From Mobula hypostoma (Eukaryota), in assembly GCF_963921235.1 (NCBI RefSeq), contig NC_086097.1, positions 13,392,001-13,456,000 on the forward strand: 64,000 nucleotides of DNA. Direction: 5' to 3'. Shown in pieces: positions 11,066 through 24,319 of this stretch. Under the pieces are notes generated by a model that was given only the letters and a program-made list of their open reading frames with translations, made no database searches and had not been told where the DNA came from. Positions within the stretch are counted from its first letter, which is position 1, and each line of letters begins with the position of its first letter. Made by a program: the position numbers and the translations under genes.

Positions 11066-12624
11066 CTAGGAAAACTGTTGCAATACATGCTGTAAACACC
11101 GCAAGGGCCCACTCACGCGTTTGTCATTTGGCTGAGAAATTTGTGTTTCACTTGAAGAGAAACCCTGTGGCGACTGTTAGGAGAAGGAATGAAGCAACAG
11201 AACACAATGGGCAGCAAAGGCCTGTTTTCTTTTCCCTCCCCATGAGAACAAGCAGCAAATCTACCCTTGAGCAGAGCAGCTAAAGAAGATCTCTAATGGC
11301 TGTTTAACTTCACTTACCACTTCTAATGGCCATCGGGGCCTGTCACCCTCTCCATTCAGAACACCAGCAGCTCTGCAGTCATTAATATTCCCTGGGCACA
11401 GAGTTCTGGAAATATGTGTTTGCTAAGTGCTAATGGGCTGCTTATAGGAGGTGGACTGATATTTTCAGTCCAGTTCCCCACGGGCATGAATCCACAAAAA
11501 TAATACTCAAATCTGAAATCTTCTAATTGACGACACAGTCTTATATCAGTGCTTGTGCAAAAGAATTCCTATCTTACCATACACATACAGGGGAATTAAC
11601 CAAGGTGGATTCAGTTTTCTGTATCATTGTCGACATTAAAAGGTAAAGCCATATTCTATGATACAAGCGTAAAATACTTCACAGATGAATGTTTAGCAGA
11701 AGCTTGAGCCATTTATTTTAATGTCTCTGTGCATCTATTAGTGAGGAGAGAAATTTTATTTAGAAGTTTCAAGGAATCATAAAGCTATCACATAACAGAA
11801 TTTTCATTCTGTATAAATTTACCAAATGTTTCACTTTGAGACGGGTGGTTTTATGTTGTCTTTTGGCAGGCAAGCCAAGAATCATGATTAACCAATATAA
11901 TTTAAGGGGCTGATCGCAATTAAAAGTGCGACAGGAGTAGTTTATTGAGAGACATTCAGATTGGTGTCAATTAACTTTTTCCCCACAATTAAACATTTGA
12001 AGTTCTACAAAACCAGTGTTCATTGGGGTTGGGGGATTAAAACTAAATTCATGAGAAGAAGAAAGTCTGGCTTTTCTGACTGAAGGCCTCAACTTCTGAA
12101 TCACACTCCAGCTCCTTCTTGGTAAGGTTCTATTGCAAATACCAGTTACACAGCTTGAATTTATAAACGATTAATCACAGCATTTAAATTCTTATGTAAT
12201 TGGTTTATTAAAAATGAGAGCAAAATGTCAAAAGCTGCATGAAGCCATTCTCCATAAAGGTAGAATATTCCTGATTGAATTTTTTTGAGTGGGAGAAGGT
12301 TATGCAGCCATTTTCTTAATGTTCTCCCACTCAGCTGACAGTGTAGTTAAGGTCATGCTATCTTCAGTGTTCCCAGTGTAAACTAAATTCCTTTTGATTT
12401 TGATTCTGCTTTGATTGTGGAGAGAAGGATTTGCCTCAATCTGTTGGGTTCATCTGTCAGCATCTTCACTGGGGAGATACCAGAGTAACGGAGGCCATGA
12501 AGAAAAGAAAGTTGACAGAAAGTTATCTGAGGCATTCTGAATGAAGGACTGTAGGAAAAAGTTGTTCCCCTTTCAGAAGTGTTAGTCACAAGGCATCTGG
12601 AAGTAGGACTGCAGTGAGTGCGTG

Positions 12625-12960
12625 CACACAACTCAACAGGTCAGAGAGCATCTACAGAGGGGAATAAACAGTCAAAGTTTTGGGCTGAGACCCTCTATCA
12701 GAAATGGACAGGAAAGGGGGCATAAGTCAGAATTTAAAAGGTAGAGGGAGGAGGAGGAGTGCAAGATGGCAGGTGACAGGTGAATATCACCAGCTGGGGA
12801 ACCATGACAGAGGGTCTCAAAGAACTCCTATCGAAGGGAGGTGGAACATTTCCTCAAGATGGGTCTGTTCAGCATGTCACGCAGCATCTATGGAGGGGAA
12901 TATACAGGCGATGTTTCGGGCCAAGACCTTTCATCAAGGCTGAAAAGGAAGGGGACAGAA
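12625..12960 (-). mobile_element. Two decayed PLE-derived tail repeats
   Basis: Hammerhead-like remnants at about 12669-12705 and 12905-12942 with the usual flanking motifs. Confidence 0.6.
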
Positions 12961-12984
12961 ACTATCATATAATGTTGATCTGAT

Positions 12985-13290
12985 GCACCATAGTTAGTTC
13001 AGCATTTGCCTCACAATACCAACTACCTTGTTTCAATTGCCGCCTGTGTGGAACATGCACATTCTCCATGGGACCCCATGGGTCTCCTCCTCGTGCTCTA
13101 GTTTCCTCCCTCAGCCCAGGGATGTGTGGATTGGTAGGCTAATTGTTCACTGCAAAGTACCCCTTGAGTGTTGCTGAGTGGTAGGATCTGGGGAGAGTTG
13201 GTAAGAATGCAGGGAGTGAGGGGATAGGTTGCATGGACGGTTAGTGGGGGGAATGGGATTGACCAGCAAACTATTATTGACTTAATGGGC
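12985..13290 (+). mobile_element. V-SINE-like element
   Basis: Decayed tRNA-like head plus V-domain TGCACATTCTCC...GTTTCCTCCC. Confidence 0.6.
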
Positions 13291-13291
13291 G

Positions 13292-14335
13292 GTACTTACT
13301 CACTTACTGCCCATTACATCACTGGCATTTAGGGAAGCAATGAAGGTCCTCCATCTCTGTCTGCATGTAAGGAATCTTCATTGCTGTATCCGTAAGTTTT
13401 GTTTGACCAATCAGGGTTGTTAGCCCTGGGCTGAACCCATGGACCACTCTTAGTCTGGCCTATAGCCTTTGACCTGTTTGACATGGGTGACCTACCAAGA
13501 GCCAAAGCACAAGGCCATGACTCCAGCCAATACAGCTCTCCGGGTCAAAGAGGCATGCAAGGCTCCAAAGCCTACAACAAGGTCGTGGTCCTCTTTGAAG
13601 TTAATGGGCAGAAGTGCCTCCAATATCATAGGGAAATACAGTTCCAAGATTTTCCTCCAGAATATGTGGTGGCCGCACTATATGGGAAAGGAAATTGGAT
13701 TTGTATAGGCAAAGGATAAAGATGTAATTCCTCCCGAACTGGTCTGTGCACACTCAGTGAGTTGTGATAGTGTCTAGGACTATACTCAGTATCATTCAGA
13801 AGAATGAGAGGGGACTGTCTAAGTCAATACTCAAGCCAGGGCAGTACAATATGGAGAGCAAGCTGTTGCCTCTGAAGCCTCGACTCTCACTCTCCATGCA
13901 ACTGATGAATCCAAAGGAAAGGCAGAGACTGGTATTGTTTGGCACCAGTAGCATCACAGGAGTTGCCAGTCAGCATTGAACTCAATGCAGGACTGCCTTG
14001 GAGACTCCAGCTCTGGATTTTTCCGTTGGGTTTACTCCTGAAGTCTTCCTCATGAGTGGGTATAGCCATAAGGCAGCGGAGGTTTGAGATCACAGTTTTT
14101 CTTCTCCTAGGTGAGCTGCCAACCACGGCTGATGAGCTCCATCTGCCTGAAGCAAACTGATTCTAAAGCAGTAGTAACCCAACTTTGCCCTTTTTCCTGT
14201 CAGTAGAAACGGTTCCACCAGGCTAAGTAGCTCAGCCACGTATGAAGGCCAGGAGCTGGACTTGCTTATCAGAGGCCATTTTAGATGCACATCACTGGGA
14301 ACATTTAATAGGTATTGGAATCTTATCCCCAGAAC
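13292..14335. mobile_element. Cluster of RTE-derived non-autonomous repeats
   Basis: Minus-strand (AGTA)n-tailed RTE-like end at 13292. RTE 5'-UTR-like motifs (GGGTTGTTAGCCC, TTCTCCTAGGTGAGCTGCCAACCACGGCT). Confidence 0.4.
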
Positions 14336-14379
14336 TACCCCTCTGCCCCCCTCACCCTCCTTGCTATGGCAACCTTAGG

Positions 14380-14700
14380 GAACCAGGAGATCTTATCGAA
14401 GCATGTCAAATTATGAAAAGGATAGATGAAATTGAGGCAGAAAAGTGTTTCCACTTGTAACTTAGAACTGAGACATGAACGAATGGACATAGCCTTAAAA
14501 TTCGGGGGAACAGGTTTTTGGATGGAAATGTGGAGAAACTGCTTTTCCCAGAAAGTAGTGACTCTCTGTGGAATTCAGTTCCCAGGGAAACAGTAAGTGC
14601 TACTTTATTAAATATATTTAAGGCATGGTTAGATGGGTCTTTGCACGGTACGGGAATGAAGGGCGATGGGAAAAGACAGGTAGGTGGAGCTGATCAGCTA
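14380..14700 (+). mobile_element. CR1 3' fragment
   Basis: GDLIEACQIMKRID and LWNSVP motifs. Confidence 0.7.
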
Positions 14701-15289
14701 TGCAATCACTCTGGCGATCAGGACATGAGTAATAGTCATGGTGCCATCCAGGGAGAGTGGTGAACTCTGCGAGTTCCATCATGGCTACAGCTTTCTCCAC
14801 ATTGGACAACATCTACAGGAAGGGATATCTCACCATTCCACCATGCCCTCATATCATTGAGGCAGGAGGTACAAGCCCTGAAGACCCACATCTCAAGGTT
14901 TAGTAAAAGCTGCTGTCAAGTTCTTGAAACAAACTAAAAAAAAACCTTGGATAATGTTTCACTCAACTTCCAGGAATGCTATGGTTATTTTTATTATGCC
15001 ATGTAAGTTACGTATAACAAGTTAAATTCAGACCATGCAATTTATGTTTGAAATGTACTGTGCTGCTACTGCAAAGAGCTGTTGTTAATGGCATTTATAC
15101 CTTGGACAACATGTCTACGAAATTAAACTTAAACTTAAGGTGCTGTGTCGTATGACGTGTGCAATCATGGTCTTGTGACGACGATTGTTCTTAGCAAATA
15201 TTGCCTTCTGGCAATATTTTTACAAGATGAGTGATCCCAGCCATTATCAAAACCCTTCAGAGGTTGACTGCCTGGCATCAGTGGCAGCA

Positions 15290-16200
15290 CAACCTGGACC
15301 CCTGGACCTCCCTCTGTAATTGGGTCCTCAGCTTTCTAACCGGAAGACCCCAATCTGTGCAGATTGGAAATAATATCTCCTCCTTGGTGACAATCAACAT
15401 TGGTGCACCTCAGGGGTGTGTGCTTAGCCCACTACTCTACTCTCTCTATACCCATAGCTGTGTGGCTAGGCATAGCTCAACTGGCATCTATAAATCTGCT
15501 GATGTTACAACCATTATTGGTAAAATCTCAGATGGAGACGAGAGGGAGTACAGGAGTGAGATTTACCAGCCAGTTGAGTGGTGTCACAGCAACAAACTTG
15601 CACTCAGTGGCAGTAGGACAAAAGAGCTGATTGAGAACTTCAGGACGCATATGTTAAGGGAACACAAACTAATCCTCATAAAGGAATCAAAAGTGGAGAG
15701 TGAGCAATTTCAAGTTCCTGGGTGTTAAGGTCTCTGAGGATCTAACCTGAACCCAACATATTGATGCAGCTATAAGAAGGCAAGACAGCAGCTATGTTTC
15801 ATTAGGAGTTTGTTGAGATTTAGTTTGTCCCCTGAAACACTTGGAAACTTCTATAGATATACCATGGAGAGCATTCTGACAGGCTGCATCTCTGCCTGGT
15901 ATGGGGGGTGGGGGGCTACTACATAGGATTGAAAGAAGCAACAGAAAGTTGTAAAATTAGTCTGCTCCCTCTTGGGTACTAGCCTCTATAGCATCCAGGA
16001 CATCTTCAAGGAACGGTGCCTCAGAAAGGCGATGTCCATTATTAAGGACCCCCATCACCAGGACATGTCCTCTTCTCATTGTTGCTGTCATAAAGGAGGT
16101 ACAGAATCCTTAAGGCACACACTCAGCAATTCAGGAACAGCTTCTTCCTCTCTGTCATCTGATTTCTAAATGGATACTACCTCACTTTTTAAAAAATTAT
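15290..16200 (+). mobile_element. Rex1/Babar-like LINE RT fragment
   Basis: [17 protein letters not shown] and KSADVTT (decayed KFADD). Same family as 52798-53930. Confidence 0.85.
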
Positions 16201-16211
16201 TTCTGTTTCTG

Positions 16212-16395
16212 GCAGACATGTCTGAACGGGAGTGGGAATTGGAATTAAAATGTTTGGCTATTGGGAAGCCCCACTTGTGGCTGATGGTATGGAGGTGCTC
16301 GATGAAACAGCCCCCTATTTTGTGATGGGCCTCACCAATGTAGAGGAGTCTGCATCGAGAGCACCGGACACAAAAGATGACCCCAGCAAATCTGC
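16212..16395 (-). mobile_element. Old PLE GIY-YIG fragment
   Basis: Diverged homologue of 33730-33905 (LLYIGE..HFNS region). Confidence 0.7.
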
Positions 16396-17059
16396 GTGAT
16401 TGCTAATGGGGATGATTGGAGTGCATGGACGTATGCAGGAAAGATACGGATAAAAACTCCACTGGTCAATCAAGGTTATTCCATTCTGTCATGGTGATAT
16501 AATAGGAGCAAACTGATAGATCACATGGAGTCGGTGTTCAAAGTAATGGGCAATTCATTAAAAACTGCTGTGCACCAGAAGACCAGTCAAAGCTGAACTA
16601 CCTGAGCATGAATTCGGTAGAGCTTATATATTCTCAGTTGATGAGGTTACCAGTAAAACTATACTTTGATAATGGAATAGTGGCTATAGGAAGACATAAT
16701 TTAAGCTGCAGAGTAGGTCTTGATTACAGAATAAAATGATTATCCACAGATCTAACGCAATTTTCTATTCCACAATGGGTGCGCTCTATAAGACCAATAA
16801 TTAGAGAAGTTTCTGAAACTTGTGTGTTGTTCCTGTTACATTCTATGTCTCTACTTTTGTCTCTAGTTCCCTGTGAACACACCAGCGTAGTCCACATCAC
16901 TATTTACTAGTTATTAGCTCTCAACATTCTGTTCCCTACCCCCACAGTTATCATCTCCCAAGTAACTCGCTCACAAAGCTTCCAAACCCAGTTATTGCCA
17001 CAGAGACCACTAACAGAAATTGCGTCACTACTGACAAAACCATGTCAGTCAATGATTTG

Positions 17060-17800
17060 GAGCAATTTGGAGTATAAAAGCAAGGATATAAGGCTGAGGC
17101 TTTATAAAATACTGGGGAGGCCTCTCATGGAGTATTGTGAGCAGTTTTGGGCCCCTTATCTAAGAAATGCCTCCCGAGCCCAAGCACGGCAGGATGAACC
17201 CTGGGCGCCCTCACAAGACTATGGTCAACACGCTCCTAGAAGACAGAGGTGTGGCTAATGTAGATGAACTGAACACACTGATGAGGGTGAGGGAGAAGTG
17301 GAGGGTACGTCATCGTGCCCGATGCCGGCCCCCTAGGCCTGAGTTGACGTAGTAGTAGAATCTAAGAAAGGATGTGCCGACATTGGAGAGGATTCAAAGG
17401 AAGTTCACAAAAATAATTCCAGGATTGAAAGGCTTATCATAAGACAATATGGCATTGGAACAGAATTAGGCCATTCAGCCCATCGAGTCTACTCTTGCCA
17501 TTCCATCATGGCTGATCCTGGATCCCACTCAACCCCATATATCTGCCTTCTTGCCATATCCTTTGATGCCCTGACTGATCAGGAAATGAACAACTCAGCC
17601 TTAAATATAAAAATACTTGGCGGTGGAAATCAAGTCATTGGGTGTGCTTAAGGCAGAGGTTTATAGATTCTGGATGGTCAGGGCATGGGGAGAAGGCTGG
17701 AGATTAGGACTGAGAGGGAAAATGAATCAGCCATGATGAAATAGCAGAGCAGACTCAATGGACCAAGTAGCCTAATTCTGCTCCTATAGCTTATGGTCTT
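17060..17800 (+). mobile_element. CR1 3' fragment with nested insertions
   Basis: EYKSKDIRLRLYK..QFWAPYLR. Contains an RTE tail at 17169-17359 and an antisense CR1 tail at about 17440-17620. Confidence 0.7.
17169..17359 (+). mobile_element. RTE-clade LINE 3' end with TSD
   Basis: PKHGRMNPGRPHKTMVNTL, a (TAG)n tail, and ATCTAAGAAA duplicated on both sides. Confidence 0.7.
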
Positions 17801-19074
17801 AAGGTAATTTGAGCACAAATGCAAGACAAATAATGATAATTTAATCAATGGGATCAATGTAAAGACTAGAAGAAACAGAGCAAATTAAATAATTTCTCCC
17901 ATTAAATCAAGGTAATTTTGCTAGAAAAATACAATAAGTAGGCATAACCTAAACATTTGAGTGACTTTACAATGACACAATCATTCTTTTTTCCTTTTTG
18001 AAGTGGTGAAGGTTCTAAATATGTCCTCCATATAATTCCGGTCAGTGGAAGTAAAGTTCCCAATAAACTGGATGAACATCTGTCTTACAACAGCCAAACA
18101 GGAAGAAACTTCAGAAAACCATGTGTCCAACAAATTGCTGGCACTGAAGAACTTTACATTGCTCACTGAACTAAACATGGCTATTTTGAAATCAATAGCA
18201 AACCTCCTTCCAAGTCCCTACCCCTGTTCTGTAACTTTATAAAACTTTGATAACTCTTGCACATTGTGAAAATATTAACCCTCCTCACTGAACTGGAACT
18301 CCTGAAAGAGACGATCAGCTGTTTGCATTCCCCCAGCTATGTGTCAAAGCAGACAAGAGGCTGATGAGTAACTCTATCAGCAAGCCTCCAAGTCAAATTT
18401 GACAACACTACTTAACGCCCCAGTGACAGGAGCCTTTCTGGCTGTTTTCTGTTCTGTATCTGGTGTTTTGCTTGGAGCATTAAAGACAATGAATTAATGA
18501 TGATCCTGTGGGATAATTATAAGCAGAGATGACACAGATCTGATGACGTTTCAGAGGGAGCTCATGGTGCTGGTGGGACTGGGGAGAGAAGGGCAGTGGA
18601 TCGGTCTTAGCTCATGCTAGGCTGGCTTGATTGGCCTACTGGGATGTCTCTCAGCCTTACCTGCAAGTGCCTAAATTCCCCACACAGCTTAGGCAACCCC
18701 CTTCCCACCAGCACTAACAGCAACACAAACTGAGAGCTAGGGGTTCAGGTGGCGATCCTCACAGAGAGAAAAGAGACCCAAGTACTTACAGATTCAGTCC
18801 TCTTTATGTGGCTGGCATCAGTGTTCACCAGTTGCTCGCTGCGTTGACTGGAAAAAGGTTTGCTCAAGGGTCACTTACCAACATGACGCTATTGCATTCT
18901 GCTTTTAAACGTGGTTGCATGGATGTTGTGCAGGCAGTAAATGAAAGGAAGGTGCAAGACTGCATTTGTTGAGGCACACTGCAATTCCAGTCACACTCTG
19001 TCCTGCTCTAGAATAAAAACTGCCAAAAAAAAAGAACATACTAAACGTCAGTAGATCAAATGTTTCTTTTGACC

Positions 19075-20578
19075 AAGGCAGAAAAAATCTGCAGATGCTG
19101 GAAATCCAAGCAACACACACAAAATGCTGAGAAAATCAGCAGGCTAATCAATGCCTCATCCCTGTGCTGAAGACGCCGCGCCCCAGCGGCCTCAATGACT
19201 ACAGACCGGTGGCATTGACCTCCCACATCATGAAGACACTGGAGAGACTTGTTCTGGAGCTGCTCCGGCCTATGGTCAGGCCACACTTAGATCCCCTCCA
19301 GTTTGCCTACCAGCCCCGACTAGGAGTTGAGGATACCATTGTCTACCTGCTGAACCGTGTCTACGCCCACCTGGACAAGCCAGCGAGCACTGTGAGGGTC
19401 ATGTTTTTTGACTTCTCCAGTGCGTTCCACACCATCCACCCTGCTCTGCTGGGCGAGAAGCTGACAGCGATGCAGGGGTCATGGGTTCTTGATTACCTGA
19501 CTGGCAGACCACAGTACATGTGCTTGCAACACTGTGTGTCCGACAGAGTGATCAGCAGCACTGGGGCTCCACAGGGGACTGTCTTATCTCCCTTTCTCTT
19601 CACCATTTACACCTCGGACTTCAACTACTGCACAGAGTCTTGTCATCTTCAGAAGTTTTCTGATGACTCTGCCATAGCTGGATGCATCAGCAAGGGAGAT
19701 GAGGCTGAGTACAGGGCTACGGTAGGAAACTTTGTCACATGGTGTGAGCAGAATTATCTGCAGCTTAATGTGAAAAAGACTAAGGAGCTGGTGATAGACC
19801 TGAGGAGAGCTAAGGTACTGGTGACCCCTGTTTCCATCCAGGGGGTCAGGGTGGATATGGTGGAGGATTACAAATACCTGGGGATACGAATTGACAATAA
19901 ACTGGACTGGTCAAAGAACACCGAGGTTGTCTACAAGAAGGGTCAGAGCCGTCTCTATTTCCTGAGGAGACCGAGGTCCTTTAACATCTGCCGGACGATG
20001 CTGAAGATGTTCTACGAGTCTGTGGTGGCCAGTGCTATCATGTTTGCTGTTGTGTGCTGGGGCAGCAGGCTGAGGGTAGCAGACACCAACAGAATCAACA
20101 AACTCATCCGTAAGGCCAGTGATGTTGTAGGGATGGAACTGGACTCTCTGACGGTGGTGTCTGAAAAGAGGATGCTGTCCAAGTTGCATGCCATCTTGGA
20201 CAATGTCTCCCATCCACTACATAATGTGCTGGGTGGGCACAGGAGTACATTCAGCCAGAGGCTCATTCCACCGAGATGCAGCACAGAGCGTCATAGGAAG
20301 CCATTCCTGCCTGTGGCCATCAAACTTTACAACTCCTCCCTTGGAGGGTCAGACACCCTGAGCCAATAGGCTGGTCCTGGACTTATTTCATAATTTACTG
20401 GCATAATTTGCATATTACTATTTAACTATTTATGGTTTTATTACTATTTATTATTTATGGTGTAACTGTAACGAAAACCAATTTCCCCTGGGATCAATAA
20501 AGTATGACTATGACTATGACTATGACTAGGAAAAGAGTAAACTGTCGACGCTTCGGGCCGAGACCTTTCATCGGGACT
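19075..20578 (-). mobile_element. PLE-derived tail repeat split by Rex1 insertion (halves about 19075-19146 and 20528-20578)
   Basis: AATCTGCAGATGCTGGAAATC...CAGCAGGCTA on the left; GTCGACGCTTCGGGCCGAGACCTTTCATCGGGACT on the right. Confidence 0.75.
19147..20527 (+). mobile_element. Rex1-type LINE, 5'-truncated, open RT frame 19164-20369
   Basis: NDYRPVALTS, QFAY, FFDFSSAF, GAPQGTVLSPFLF, KFSDD and YKYLG. AATAAA followed by (TATGAC)4. Confidence 0.95.
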
Positions 20579-20824
20579 CCTTTAACCAGATGGGACCTCC
20601 ACAGATTCCTTCAGACTCCACAAGTTTTCTTCCACTCTCTGGATTTGTTGGCCTATCATAACTTCAGCCTCAACATCCTCCAATCCTTTCATGATTTAGT
20701 GCTGACACATGCTTGCCCACCCTGCCAGGTTCTCTTCTGCCTACACTATATTAAGGCTAGCTTTAAATGTTGCCCACATTTCCAAAGAGCCCTAGAGTGC
20801 AAACTTGCAATCAAACTGGAATAA

Positions 20825-21625
20825 TCGGAATCAGAATCAGGCTTAATATCACCAGTTTATGTTGTGAAATCGGTTGTTTTACAATAAGAAAATATAGAAT
20901 CATAGAGCTATAGAAACGTACAGCACAGAATCTGGTCTTTTGGCCTATCTAGTCCAGGCTGAGCCATTTAACCTGCCAAGTCCCTTTGACTAGGTATCAA
21001 TATATATGTAAACATTAAATTAAATATGTAGTGCCAAAAGAGAGCAAAAATAAATAGAGAGTTAGTTCACAAGGGCTCATTGTCCACTCAGAAATCTGAT
21101 GGCAGAGGGGAAGAAAATGTTTCTAAAATGATGAGTGTGTGCCTTCAGGAACTTGTACCTCCTTCTTAATAGCAGAAATGTGAAGAGGACATGTTCTGTT
21201 CCTGAATGGGTTTGTGTTGTCACGTGCAGTGAAAAGCTATTTGTTTGCCGTACGAAAGCAACATCCGCCATCAAAGATCCTCACCACCAGGGCCATGCTC
21301 TTTTCTCACTGCTGCCATCAGGTAGAAGGTACAGGTGCCTCAGGATTCGTTCCACCAAGTTCAGGAACAGTTACTACTCCTCAACCACCAGACTCTTAAA
21401 CAAAAGTTACACTCATCTAAGGATTCTTTTATTTTGTTATTTCATGCTCGCTATTTATTACTATTTATTTTTTTATCTGCATTTGCACAGTTTGTTCCCA
21501 AGGTTTACAGTTTACAGATCCTGTTTACAGTTACCGTTCTATAGATTTTCCAAGTATGCCTGCAGAAAATGAATCTCAGGGTTGTATGTGGTGACAAGTA
21601 TAATAAATTTTACTTCACTTCACTT
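20825..21625. mobile_element. Rex1/Babar-like 3' ends on both strands, with a short CR1 tail
   Basis: Minus: RRRYKFLKAHTHHFRNIFFPSAIRFL with a (GATTCT)n tail. Plus: IKDPHHQGHALFSLLPSGRRYR. Confidence 0.65.
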
Positions 21626-21904
21626 GTTATCCAGGCAGATCATTCTATACGTAAGTACATTAAAGTAGTAAAAAGAAAAGAGGATGCAGAATAGAGTGTT
21701 ACAGTTACAGAGATGGTGCAGTGCAAGAGCAAGAGTTATAGTGAAGTAGAGTGGGAGATCAAGAAATCACCTTTCGTGCATGAGTGCTCCATTCAAAGTA
21801 TAGTGTGGTGGAAGCTCTCCTTGAGGTCACAGTATATGCTCACAAGTTTTTGTTTCTTTTGCTTGTGACAGTATAGACACCTTCAATGAGCATCTGACAC
21901 CAAA

Positions 21905-22451
21905 ATACACATTATTAGATCCACTTGTACACCTGCTCGTTAATGCAAATATTTAATCAGCCAATCATGTGGCAGGAACACAATGCATCAGGACATACAG
22001 ACATGGTCAAGAAGTTCAGCTGTTGTTCAGACCAAACATCAGAATGGGGAAGAAATGTGATCTAAGTTACTTTGACCGTGGAATGATTGTTGGTGCCAGA
22101 TGGGGTGGTTTGAGTGTCACAGAAACTGCTGATCTCCTGGGATTTACACACACAGCACTTTCTGGGTGCAAAAAGAAAAAGAAAATCTAGTGAACTGTAG
22201 TTCTGTTGGTGAAAATGCCATGTTAATGAGAGAGGTCAGAGGGGAATGGACAGACTGGTTTAAGCTGACAGGAAGGCGACAATAACTCAAATAACCATAC
22301 ATACAACAGTGGTGTGCAGATGAGCATCTCTGAACTCACAGCACATCGAACTTTGAAGTGGATGGCTACAGCAACAGCAGAGCATGAACGTACACTCAGT
22401 GGCTATTTTATTAGGTACAGGAGGTACCAAATAAAGTGGCGATTGAGTGTA
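21905..22451 (+). mobile_element. Tc1-like deletion derivative
   Basis: MGKKCDLSYFDRGMIVGARWGGLSVTETADLLGF is a Tc1 N-terminal HTH. Ends in a TIR hairpin at 22391-22451. Confidence 0.8.
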
Positions 22452-23332
22452 GATTTGTCTGGAAGTGATGTGAGTGGAACAGAAACAGTACCTGTCACTA
22501 ATGCCAAAGAAAGCCTCCCAAAAGGAATTCGTGACCTCTGTGGTAAGATGTATTTCTCCGAGACGAGCTCCTACTATCCATTGGGTTCTCCAGAGTTCTA
22601 TAACTGTGATAGCTTCAAACTACATGAGCAACCACTTCCTTTGCAGAATCCCTGCAGAAAATATAGTAGGAAACAGAATTTGTTACTAATAAAAGCGCTA
22701 AAAATAAATTCAAAACCTATGATTAAAGTAGAAGCTTAAACATTTAAAAATGTGTCAAATCCTTCACACATTGAAATATTCATGCGAGGAAATTACAATT
22801 AGATTTTTAGTACCAGATAGTTTTCTAAGTAGCAATTACAACTTTTTATGTCATTAGGAGCTCACAGAACTCATGAAACAAGGACTAAGATTTTCAGATA
22901 TTTAACGGCGAAGCTAGTTATTCAACATCTTAAATTTGCACCCTTGCTAGTGAGTACTGGAGTGAAAGTCATGGACACACAATTAGAGTCTGTTTTAGGT
23001 TTTAGTGATTTCCACAAAAAGCTGTAAGGTTACAATGAATATGATTGTCCTCCTGTAAATACTTCACTCAGTCACTGTTGAAGAACCCCCCCTCAAGTTA
23101 TCTCAGCAATGGTAAAATCATGCACATGCCAAAGTCTTGGGTGTTTATCTATAGCGATGTTCTCACTTGGTTCACATCCCCAATATAGTACGACTCGTTG
23201 AGACGAAGCTTTGGGTTCCATGAAACTTTGGCAGAGCAAGCTGAAGGTTGTTAGTATGTTCAGCTAATTTGGTGTACAGTCCCCTTGTTGATTGTAAAGG
23301 AGTTTTTAGTCACAATTTCTAAAGAACAAGTT

Positions 23333-23645
23333 CAAATGGTTCAATTTAATATCAGAGAATGTGTATAGTATACAACCTGAAATTCTTACTCTCCACAGAC
23401 ATCCATGAAACAAGAACCCCAAAGAATGAATGACAGTGAGGCCCCCTCCCCCTCCCTCTCCCACACACAAGCCCCAGCAGAAACATCAACCATCCCCCTC
23501 TCCCCACTTGCACCAGCGGAAGCACCAACACCTCCCTCACCCCTCTCATCATGCAAGCAATATTAAAAGCCCCCAAAGAGACCTTGATCTAGAGTCCATC
23601 AAAAACTGGTCTACAACCCAGCACTTCGGTATCTCAAACAGGGTC
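23333..23645 (-). mobile_element. Dispersed LINE-tail-like repeat
   Basis: ATGGTTCAATTTAATATCAGAGAA...CCCCAAAGAATGAATGACAG. Recurs at 52767/53935-54110 and 54737-55080. Confidence 0.6.
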
Positions 23646-23702
23646 AGTTTGGCCCTGCCAATTCCCTCTTTTAAGTTTTACTTTCATTTCATGTATCGTG
23701 AC

Positions 23703-24180
23703 TGATGTGAAGAAAGGTACAGAGGAGATTTACCAGGATGCTGCCTGGTTTAGAGAGTATGCATTATAATCAGAGATTAAGGGAGCTAGGGCTTTACTCT
23801 TTGGAGAGAAGGAGGATGAGGGGAGACATGATAGAGATGTACAAGATAATAAGAGGAATAGATAGAATGGATAGCCAGCGCCTCTTCCCCAGGGCACCAC
23901 TGCTCAATACAAGAGGACATGGCTTTAAGGTAAGGGGTGGGAAGCTAAAGGGGGATATTAGAGGAAGGTTTTTTACTCAGAGAGTGCTTGGTGCGTGGAA
24001 TGTACTGCCTGAGTCAGTGGTGGAGGCAGATACACTAGTGAAGTTTAAGAGACTAGTAGACAGGTATATGGAGGAATTTAAGGTGGTGGTTTATATGGGA
24101 GGCAGGGTTTGAGGGTCGGCACAACATTATGGGCCGAAGGGCCTGTAATGTGCTGTACTATTCCATGTTCTATGTTCTAA
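23703..24180 (+). mobile_element. CR1 (HER1-type) 3' end, young
   Basis: ORF 23738-24112 with LERRRMRGDMIEMYK and FFTQRVLGAWN; (ATGTTCT)n tail. Confidence 0.9.
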
Positions 24181-24319
24181 ATACAGTATGGTATGTCATT
24201 ATGTAAAAAAAAGCTTAGCATGATCATTTCCAAATAGTTTGTTATATATTTTAAAAGTGGAACTAATTCATTTTGACTAAATGAGCTAAAGCCCCAGTTT
24301 AATAGAAAATTGGCTGACT

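Noticed and set aside
17981..18242. Host coding exon
   Set aside because: Short ORFs on both strands with no recognisable homology and weak splice signals.
20504..20824. ORF beginning MTMTMTMT
   Set aside because: Artefact of the Rex1 (TATGAC)n tail.
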